Assembly (NCBI GenBank): GCA_000708835.1
Contig: DF237215.1
Location: 822 to 64,821, forward strand
From: Klebsormidium nitens
Lineage: Eukaryota > Plantae > Klebsormidiophyceae
Reading direction: 5' to 3'
Length of the DNA stretch: 64,000 nucleotides
Shown here piece by piece: positions 1-10,249 of this stretch (position 1 is the stretch's first letter; each line of letters starts with the position of its first letter). The translations under genes and the position numbers were made by a program. Under the pieces are notes generated by a model. It was not told the DNA's origin. It did not search any database and saw only the letters and a program-made list of their open reading frames with translations.

Positions 1-21
1 AAACCTACGGCTCTCTCCCTT

Positions 22-217
22 ACTAACCACCTGCAACAGCTTGGGCGCTGTTCTCATAATCTGACCTGCTCAGATCTCCTTAAGCAACGGGACCAGAAGA
101 TACACAACCATTGAGCCGCAGATACTCCCTAACACACGGTTTGTTGCTAACGCACCCGCAGTAGCTTCAGCGCTGTGGTTTAAGCACTGTAGCGTATGCC
201 AGGCTCGCAAAGATGAT
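22..217 (-). repeat. Two degenerate copies of SLC12 exon-8 3' end plus donor site, inside the following intron
   Basis: About 143-217 and about 22-51 align to the end of exon 370-260 and to GTGGGTTAG; for example ACAGCGCCCAAGCTGTTGCAG|GTGGTTAG versus the real ACGGCGCCTAAACTGCTGCAG|GTGGGTTAG. Confidence 0.85.
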
Positions 218-259
218 TCTCTAACAATCCACAAAGTTGAGTTTCAGTCGCTAACCCAC

Positions 260-3200
260 CTGCAGCAGTTTAGGCGCCGTGATCAAGCACTGTAGCGCCT
301 GCGCCAGACTCGCAATGATGATCCCAATCTGCGTCACTTTAGCCACCGGCCACACAATGTCCGGAATCACCTGTCACCATCAAACAGCGCCGTGTTGCCT
401 CCCTTGTTGACATTACATGTTCCAAAAACGGTAAGGCATTTTTATTCGTGATCCCATTGGCCGAAACCCTTACCGGGTTGACCGCGTTGACCGAGATCGA
501 AACTTGAGCGACTAATCCCCTACTAACCCCAGCAGATTCCCTGCTTCGAAAGCGCGAAACTCTTAACCCCATACTAAACCTTTCGTCGCAGTTAACTTCC
601 AAGGATCGCAAAACTTCCAAGGGGGAGGACTTTCTAGTTAAGTCATCAAAACAAACCACTAGAAGATGGAACATGATTCTAAAAGGGAAAAGAAGGCTTC
701 TGCAATCAAGCAGCACTTTATGGGCTTCAACCAAAACGTGACAACCGAAATGCTTTTCTGTCTAAGACGTGCCTTTGTCGGCGATCACGGTGCATGTTTT
801 CTACATGCGTTCCTGGTAGGTGCGGACGCAGGTTTCGAGAGATCAGCCCAGCAAGATTTTGCACGCGGCCCACTTTAAGCCAGTCAAAGCCTTGGGGTTC
901 GTCAGAAACTTACGTGATTGTGAGAGTGCTTTCCTGGGCCTAGCTGAGTATCAGTACCATGTGACAGGCTTGTGACGAATGCAACCCTAACCAACGAACC
1001 GGCTTCTTCGTAATCCGTATTTGTTGCAGGTACAATGGTTTGCATCGTCTCCAGCATTCATGGCTGAACAACCAAACCGCTCAAATACTCCTGAAGACGA
1101 ACCTGAGAATCCACGTTCCCGGAAAGCAATCGGCGTCCGCCGGGCGTCTGGAGCGGTTCGAGATTTCCCAGCAGGTAGTCGCGGGTGCCAACAGCCCCCC
1201 AGAGGCACATGTAGGTGACGTAGATGAACTGCGGAAGAACGCATCAATCAGCAATGACTTTGACGAGGTAGAAAGCAGGTGGAACAGAAGGACGGCCAAC
1301 AAAAAAGAATCGTTTTAAAACCCTCGGTCGTTGGAAGCAGTCGGGATATCAGCAAAGCCTAGGTAATGCTGGTTGCAAGAGACCGGGTGAAAGTCGCGTT
1401 GCATCGCACGGAAAGGTTCCGGATAGCCGATATGGAAAAGGTGGAACAACACATCTGCCATACGTCTCAGCGCCAAGCAGGCCCTAGTAGTGGTGAAACA
1501 CAGTGATGCATTGTTGATTGCAAGTCCAGCCGCTTGCCTACGCTACATATCTTTGAAGGACATAAACTGCCGAATAAGGGAAGTGACTCCGGGGGGTGGA
1601 AGGCTTGTGCAAAAGTTCGAGGGAATGTAGGATAGAATCAGAACCAAAACCAAGACTCTGAACTCTCTCGTGTAAGAGAAACCCGGTATGACCCTTTCCA
1701 CTCCCAGGGGCGTCATTAGAAGGGAGAGGACGTCAGAAAAGAGCAGACTTGATGCGGTGAACCGCTCGAAGATTTAGTTGGGGCGCAACACTTGGAACGC
1801 GTCCGGGTACAACGCGCCCTTCGGACTTGTGACTCTCATTAGCGGATTCATGGGCGGAAAGAGAAACGGAACCACTACCTGTTTCTTTTGGATAGCTACA
1901 GACGGCATGACGGTTGAGCAAAACGAGCACACGGATTTAAATGGACAAAGAGTTCCAGTCGGGGACCTCGAATCGTGCCCCTACCGACCCCTGCACTCGG
2001 GTAATACCACTGAGGGCCAATTCAGAGTGTGATTGCCAGGTTCCAAGCGATGTTGGCCAAGAAGGACTTATGTTTGATTCCTATATGCTATCGCCGACGG
2101 GAATCAACTCCTGACGAATGGCTCTCCTTCCAAATGTCTGTATGACTGTTCTTAAACACTACGCTGCCTGCAAAGTGGGAAACCAAGGAGAGTAATAAAC
2201 GGGGAGAATGAGTTGAGACGCTCACGCTGCTCAAAGTGATGGCTCCAATCGTCCCCCGGGGGACGGACACCTGGGGCTTCTTCAAGTTGCTGGCACGGTC
2301 CGCGCCACTGCAGACAAGAGCTTTCGTTCAGAAGGGCTATTATCGCTTTCTTGACGTTCGTAACGATATGGAAGCAGCATCCAGAGGTTGCTGTTCTAAA
2401 GGAACTTGGAAAGTGAAAACCTCGTCGCTCACTCAGCATACCAGGGTAAACATTGCGAACAGTAAACACGGTCTCCACCCAAATTCCTCCACTAAATTGC
2501 TTCAAAAGCAGGTGATTATCTGTGAGGCTTGCCTGCCGTCAGAAGGGAAGGTCGACCGGCTAGCAGGCACTATGTAAGGAAGGGAATAGACGGCTGCCAT
2601 TTACAACGGCCCCCCGTATTCCCTTCGACACAAAGAAACAGAGAATCGACACAACCACTGCAAAGAATGACAAAACGCTCTTCCACGCAGAGCATTTTCC
2701 CAATCACCTGAGGATCCCGGTGTAGCACGGGAAGAACACGGAAAGAGCGACCGGGAAATTGACCCCCTTTTCATAACCCGGGCCCCAATTCGCTTTGAAC
2801 GTCTCCCAAGACAGACCGGTGAGCTCTGGCGGACGGCCGCCCTTGGGCGCGAGGAACAGGCCCATGTAAAAGGAGGCCATCGTGAGTAGAACCACGCCGA
2901 AGAAGACGACGCTCAGCTTGGACACGAATTTGAGGCCGACCAGTACCTGGAGGTGAACAGTCGCATTTTCAGATTTAGAAGTAAAAGTGTTGGGAAACGC
3001 GTTTTGATTCGTGTGAAAGGAGGCCATTGTGCACAGGAATACGCCGGAGACGACGCTCAGCTTGGTCGACACATAATTTGAGGCCCAGGAATTGAACAGG
3101 AACAATTAAAAAAGTCCAGAAGTCAAAGAATTCGCAGGAAAGGGTTGCATTTGCCTTCCAAAACAACGCCATATGAGGAGAATGACGCCGAAGAAAGACA

Positions 3201-6150
3201 ACGCTCAGCTTGGGCACGAGCTTGAGCCCTACCAGCACCTGCGAAGAACGAGGTAAGTAGTCTCGAAATCAAGAACGTAAAAAATGTGAAGGACCAGGTT
3301 TAGATTTGCTAAGCAAAGCAAGACTATAATAAGGAGGACCACGCCGAAGAAGACAAGGCTAAGCTAGACACAAACTGGAGGCCCAGCGGTACCTGTGAAT
3401 TGTGGACGATTCAGACTGGATTCCAACTCAAACTCGAATGATTTTGGAGAACGGGTTTCACTCCGCCCCGCACGAGAAAAGAAGACTTCAGGCCCACCAC
3501 CACCTGCGGAGATGAAGCTTCTAACCTTCAGCTTTGAAAGCGGTTTGATAGAGGATTTAGGGACACGGCATTCTATTCGCCTCACCGAAAGAACGCCATC
3601 GTGAGCAGATTGGTGAATCTTTTAAACGTGAGGAATTCAAAGAGCGGATTCGGGTCCAGAAACCATGTATGCAAACGCTACTGGCGTGTCCCACGATGCT
3701 AGATTGGTGAATATTTGCGGAGTAGTAAGAAGAGCCGTTTCTAAAGCCCCCGCTCTCCTCTTGAACAGAATCTCGACAGAAGTGAATGCCACCAGCGCGT
3801 GTCCTGGACTTCGCTCGAATCGAAAGAGTAGAAAGACAAGCAGGACATTTCGCTCACCAGGAGACCCAAAGCCAGCACGATGATTGCCCCAAAGATGCGG
3901 TTCGACGAAGGGAAGGCCAGGGCAGGAAAGGCCGACTCCAGGACTTCGACCGCTCCCAGTGCCTGCACCATAGAGTACAATCAAAATCTTGCTGCCGATT
4001 CCCAAGTTGGAAGGGTCCCTCTACCTCACCACTGATAACATTCCGGGCTAATGCTTTCGGCATAGCTCTATGGATACAAGGCAGCAAAACGCGACCCCTG
4101 ACAAGAAGGAAAAAGAACCGCAACACAACCGCGGCCTGAAGTTACTCTGTTGTCCGTTTGTAACTCAAGCGTATCTGCCAGCGACTGCTCTGAATGCTCT
4201 GTACATCCGTTTCGTTTCGCGTTCTTATGCTTAGCCCCGTCAGGAAGTCTTCCATGTCATCTCTGTACCTATTCTTTTGAGCGCCCTGTGTCTTGCTCCA
4301 AGCACCGGATTTCCCTTGTGGAGGTCCTGCCTCAACTATCTCGAAATGCAACCTGTGATGCTTCCCCTCCCAACAACTCTCCGGTGTCCTCTCAAGCACA
4401 GCTCATGGTGTCCTCTTAAGCACAGCAAACCTGTGATAATCCCCCGGCCCGCCCAAACTTATGTTCGAATCAACTCTGCAAGCTCGACACAACCACCTTT
4501 TTGTGATGAATACATATCATGACTCATCAGTTCCTCACCTCCAGGACAGCGAGAAGGGACACTCCCAGGAAGTACATGAATCCAACGGCACCCCCAATGC
4601 GCGGCCCCAGCGCACGACTAATCAGGAAGTAGGTGCCACCCTCGCGCGCAGGCCCGTTAGTGACGATGGCACTCAGGGAGAGTGATGTCAGCAGAGCGCA
4701 GAGGAGCGAGATGGCCACAATGACTAACGACTGCGAAGAGAACGAAACAGGGGTATGTAAATTAATGAGACACGTTGCACATGCTGCGGTAGATGGAATG
4801 GTGGATGGTAGAATTGGCTCTCCGAATATGTGCCTGGTCCTCCGACTGAAAGTTGATCAAATCATCGAGCAAAGGTCTGCAAAATCCGTTTGTCCAGCAC
4901 CCTGTGAAAGGTCCCATTGCATTTGATTGTAAAGGCAGGTTCGAGGCTCTTGACGAAGTCTCGATGCAGTTCAGAGGACATTCACAACAGACTCAGAGCG
5001 CCTGTGGACATCTCCATCTGCAAGCCGTTTCATTACCAACTGACCGACAGTTGTCAGAAATTTCAGACGACTCCCGAAAAGGCTGTTGGTACAGCCTGAC
5101 ACTTCTTGATTTTCACACACAAGCAGACCACTGGATGTATGTGCCTCAGAGGAGCTTAGACCAAATTCGTAGTTGGAGCCGAGCTCACCTGCCAGATCCC
5201 CGCGTTTCCGACAATGTAGTAGAAGCGCAGGAAAATAAGGACGCCCCACATGTTCTGCAAAAAAGGACTTTTGGGATCAGTATGCAAGCGCTACAGTATA
5301 GCTATCTTCAGAACTCGGTCGGTTGTCAGCAACCCTCGCTGTGCTCCTTGTGTCCAAGGATCCGTTTCGCTTAGAACATGGCCGAGGACTGGTGGAGAAT
5401 GATACGTCCCACCAAAAACAGTTTTGCAACTAGATACTCAAACAGGGCCCCTGATGCATCATCCAGCGTGGCTAATTTTGCAAACGTAAGTAGCCTGAAG
5501 TACAAACAGAATGCTCTTCTCCGGAGTGCATGGTCACCGGTCCCATCAAAGCCTCTGATTTAACATGTATGTTTTCGTCTGTCGTCATGCACACTTTGCA
5601 TTAGCGAGATTCTGGCTTGTGCAGATTTTTCAAACCCAGTTCAACTGTACTTGCCCAGTTCTAGTTAGAAGGGTCAGCAGCCTGCAGTGCACTCTGCGGC
5701 GTCTCCGTTTAGCGCTCCTCAAGGAAAACTGTTCTGTGGCCAGCTTGCGGAGTTGCCTAACAGCTTATCCACTGCAAATCATCTCATGTCTGTGCATACC
5801 TCGCAGGTGGGGATGAGCACCCCATTCAGCGTTCCGAGAGTCGGCGCATGCTTTGCCGGTGCGTTCTTGATCCTCTTCACGCCATCCTCGCTTCCCGTAT
5901 CGCTCCTTGCCCCGCCCGACCTTTTCCGCCAGACTCCCCTATTTCCCCCGTCCACTGCATCCCCATTGCCTTTACTTTTCCCCTCAAAGCCTCCTGTAAA
6001 GCCCCATCTAGACTTGGGAACCCCTAAAGCTTCCTCGCCGTTAGCCACAACTGAAGTCTCCGGAATAGATGCTTCATGTGTTGAGTGGGGGCCGGGAACG
6101 GACTGCTTGCCAGCCAGGCCGGCCTCGAGACGCTCTAGATGATTCTCCAT
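260..6150 (-). CDS. SLC12/CCC cation-chloride cotransporter, 3' part beyond window start; exons 6150-5800, 5254-5189, 4730-4539, 3962-3858, 2946-2708, 2307-2226, 1228-1103, 370-260
   Basis: Exons joined by hand with GT-AG sites and consistent phases. They give SLC12 signature segments LGTLNGVLIPTCENMWGVLIFLRF, SLSAIVTNG..GGTYFLISRALGP, FFPCYTGILSGADRASNLKKPQVSVPRGT and IIIASLAQALQCLITAPKLLQ. Confidence 0.92.
3014..3366 (-). repeat. Three degenerate copies of the SLC12 exon-5 start, one with an intact acceptor, in intron 4
   Basis: About 3014-3086, 3166-3250 and 3331-3366 match GGCCTCAAATTCGTGTCCAAGCTGAGCGTCGTCTTCTTCGGCGTG of exon 2946-2708. Confidence 0.88.
4383..4426. repeat. 24-nt-period tandem duplication in SLC12 intron 3
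   Basis: GGTGTCCTCTYAAGCACAGC occurs twice. Confidence 0.8.
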
Positions 6151-7234
6151 GATGCCTAACCTGCAGACCCGTTGGTGGTTAAAAAGAAGCTGCATGTAGT
6201 GGCTCAGGAGGACATTGCACAATAGAGGTGTGAGGATTGAGTGTGCAGATAGTCTCTGGTGCACTTGTTCAGGTGACTAACAATTCAATTTCGTGTACGA
6301 CAGCTGAAAGAGCGGGGAAGAAGAACTGCCTTCAAAACTGGACACCCTTGTATGAGGGGATGCAGTAGTCTTCGTTGCTATCCGGAGCCATCTAAAAGTG
6401 AGCTTCAAAGGCGACAGATGCTTTTCGGCCATTGCAGATCAGGGGAGCATTGGGCGGAGACTAAGTGAGCAAGCTGGGCTAGTGACCGAAACATCTGCAA
6501 TGCGGCATTCAGCCCCTGATCAAACACCTCACCACAGCATACACAAGGATTGCCACCCATGCCCGAAGAAACATCACAAGTTCAGAAGATACAAGTTAAC
6601 CCCCGAATGCTGTTATAGGTATTCAACTTCCTTCGCCAACGCCATCGAGAACATATTGACTGCTCAAAGAGCCAAAGTTTCAAGAGTTACCTTCTCATGC
6701 AATCATTAGATTTCTTCACTTTACTTGCGATCTCGTCCATTTTGTGCATTTGCAATCAGGTAAATAGGTGACTACCTTGGTGATCCCTTGGTCTGCAGAC
6801 TGCAAGGCTGCCACACAAGGGAGACCAGCTAGATGTCGACATCTCTGCAGAAACAAAAGCACTTCCGTCCGGACACACTTACCTAAACTTTGCTGTTGCT
6901 TTCAAACGAGCAGCTTCGCAGTCAGAAGTAGTTGCTTGGAGAAGAGAGGAAGAAGCTGGCAGAAATACACCGCTGCCAGGACGGGTCAAGGCTATCGTGA
7001 GCTTTAACATGGGCACCTTCAAGAAGCTTTAACAGGGGCACCCTTCATTAAGAAATCTACACGTCTTCTTCATTTCAGGAGCTCTTCACAGAACTGAGAA
7101 CAGCAGAAAGCAGGCATTGAAACATGCGCCGCGCCACATTGCAGTACCTAGCAAGCTGGTCCCCACTGCAAGCCTGAGGCTATTAGGACTCCAAACCCCT
7201 CTTCAGTGGCCTGATCATGGCGCCATTACCTACC

Positions 7235-7497
7235 CTATCCAGCGAATGAGATGCGTCTGAGGTAGGTATCTAGCGTAAGCGATGAGCACATATTCCCAGA
7301 AAACCTCCTGGCGCGAAGGGGTTGCGGCGACCGGTTGCGGGTACCTATTGGAGGCCACTGGCAGGTCTTGCCAGTAGCTGGTGAATGTGGCAACGTTCGC
7401 GTGATGCACAAGGGCTTCCAAAGTCCACGTCAGCTTCATCGGAGGCTTTGGTCCGTCGATGATGGATGACAAGGCAGATCCGCCTACCACGTGCCTG
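7235..7497 (-). other. Orphan exon-like segment (HVVGGSALSSIIDGPKPPMKLTWTLEALVHHANV...RWIG), gene not reconstructed
   Basis: Open frame between a ctccag acceptor and a GG|GTAGGT donor with protein-like composition; flanking exons could not be joined in phase. Confidence 0.3.
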
Positions 7498-8821
7498 GAG
7501 TGTTCACTCCCCGCGAGCTCATATGAACATTAGCCTTTAAGGCTTAGGCTTCTGACACGGCCCTTCTTGCTTGCTGTAGCGCCGAGTACCTGTAGGCTGT
7601 AGGAGCGCCTGGAGGAGGATGCCCAAGGGCGAGCCTTTAGTGAGGGGGCGTCTTCAAACTCTGAAATTCTTTCGGATTGGTGAAGAACGGAAGGCGCATA
7701 GAGAAGGCTTTGCTTTCATTACACTCACATTTAGTTGCTGGAAGCACCGAGACCTTCCGCATGCTGAAAGTATTTAAATTGGATCCTCTAGCTGCTTGCA
7801 AAGTTGATGCCGCCACAGCAGTTCCTTCTACATATTTCCGGCAACATAGGACCTTTTTTCAAACAATTTGGATCTGCAATATTTCACACTCTGCACCTCG
7901 ACTGGTTAGCACCTCCCAATCACATTATGTATGATTTGACTTAGATTCTGACGACTTGGCAATGACTCTCTAAAGATCCTGCTATGGAACATTTGACGGG
8001 ACTCTGAATTGCTTTCACAGACAAATTTGATTAGGCCTCAATCAGTGATGCGGCTCTGATTGGGAAGGACTTCGTCGTGCAACCAGCATTGAGCTCAACT
8101 TGGGAACGAATCGTTTGGGTTGTCTCAAGAATACAACAATTTTGTATTGGTCAAGAGCAGCGCCATGTCGTTGGCAGGCGGGGTAGCTACATCAATAGTT
8201 CTTACCTCGGACAGAAATGAGCGCAAGCGGATTGCAAGTAGAACGCGTTCAGCAACATTCCAGGCACCAAAAAAGTCGTCAGGTTACACCGCTCCCACCC
8301 TCCTTGGACGCCGGCCCCATCTTCACAGTCTTGGATCCTTTTCTAGCAGCAGCAAAAGGACGAAGGCATCTGCAAGAGCTTCTCATAAGAATGGGATAGA
8401 AAGCAGCATTGGAAAAGATAGGCGCAGCGAAGCTCCAGTGGGCAACACTTCGAGCAGAAAAGGGGAGGCAGAGGGCAAGAGGCCGTCATTTCTGCGGCGG
8501 TGGTTTTTGTGCTCACATGGTGTGTGAGGACTTCTTCTTCAAGGCGTCATGTGTGGAGTGAGGTTCGTTTGTCGATATTCCAACGATGTTGTAGTGGCTT
8601 TCTCAGCAGTGATTACCTCGCTCAGAACTCTATATTCATGATGCCACCTATAAATGACCTTAGCAACAAACGATGGTTTTTCCTGCCACACCGTTGTGCT
8701 GAAAAACCTGCTGATACTTCTGGACAGCACAGGTCAATAATGAGCGACAACATTGACGTTCTTGATCAGGCTACATAATCTGATCTTGTTGGAGCAACTA
8801 GTATGCAGCCTTGCAGATTGA

Positions 8822-8843
8822 ATGTCCATTGATCAATGGACAT
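8822..8843. repeat. Perfect 22-bp palindrome ATGTCCATTGATCAATGGACAT
   Basis: The sequence equals its own reverse complement. Confidence 0.9.
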
Positions 8844-10249
8844 ATCTTGCTAGCATTTGATCAGATCTGCTCCTGCATTGCATTCGGAATGGAGGATTTG
8901 CCCTTGATCAATAACGTCTATGTTTTTGCCCATCGTGAGTGCAGGTACGGAACGACTGTCCCCCGACTGTCCGCCCTTGACAACCTTGACATGCTAAGCG
9001 AACCTTATGTTCGAGCAGCATAACCAGGACGCCGACACTGGCAGTGCATTATACAATTTATAAGCGAGCTTGCAGCTAGGACGCTTCTTAGTCACCAGCC
9101 ATGTTGAAAACACGACGGTTGGACGGTTTGCAGCTAGCGAGTTGCTGTTGCCAGTCAATTGCTGCCTCAAAGGTATACCTGAAGGTGGAGGCGTGGAACC
9201 TTGGGGACTCATCTTCAGTGGGACCCTTGCGAATGGCAAGTCGAAGTTTGTACGTTGAAAAGAATTGTGGTTAAGTGGCTACTACTGATTCCCCGGCCTT
9301 GGGAGTAGAATTGCTTTTGCGCGGCCTGTAATAGACTCTTATTCTAACTTTCGATATAGTGAAGTTAAGCTCGTGCATCCACCCATGAAGATAGAGTTTC
9401 CCGAACCATTGATATATTTCCTTAGCGTGCGCAAGCGATGATCTGAGTCACTGATAAGTCTGAGGTTCAGCCTCGGGACTGTAGTATATGAATCATGTCT
9501 AAGTTGCCACCATGCATATTACCTGCTTTGAAGTTCAGCCAGGCAATTGAGGACCTGGCATATAGGTGCACCTGTATGCCAGGTCATGACGCGTGCGGTC
9601 ATGTATACATATCATATATATGCATGACAATGATGATGTGAAACGCCTCTGAGCAGAATGCACATCAGGTATACTATAAACGTACCATGCTACGGAGCCA
9701 GATGCATGTATATAGTAGCCCACACCCCGGCCGCAGCATTAAAATTACGTCGAAGTCACCGGCCGATTAACTCATGTGGTTGTTCAATTATGTGGGCCCG
9801 CGCATGTGTTGCATGCACAAGCGGGTCGGATGGGATCATGCGCACTCAGGCTCGGTTGGTTTCGCAAGGCCGGACTAAAGCATTGCATGAATGCCACTTT
9901 AACGTACATACCCTAGGCCGTTTGCATCAACGCCAATGATAGTAACTTCTCATTGCCAGAGGTAACGCCTTTAGCCACGTTAGAGCCATGGAGCACAGCC
10001 TTCGGCAGACCCGGGATAGTTTGTTGACTCGATACAGTTTGCTACGGCTGTGATTCATGTCCGGATCCTCAATCTGACCGTCGTTGAGAAAAGTATAAGA
10101 AAACTAGACTCCAGCTATGAGGAGAAGCGACTCATCGATCGAATATCTGATCCTAGTATCATTGCATGAACCCTTTTAGCAACACCATGAGCTCAGTGCA
10201 CAGTTTCCATTTCATTTCATAGTAGGAAAGTCCTGGCTACTCAAAATAT

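Noticed and set aside
339-734. 131-aa minus-strand ORF
   Set aside because: Lies mostly in SLC12 intron 7; the true exon (370-260) is in another frame.
1733-1930. Exon-like ORF in SLC12 intron 6
   Set aside because: Exons 2307-2226 and 1228-1103 join in phase and give continuous SLC12 sequence without it.
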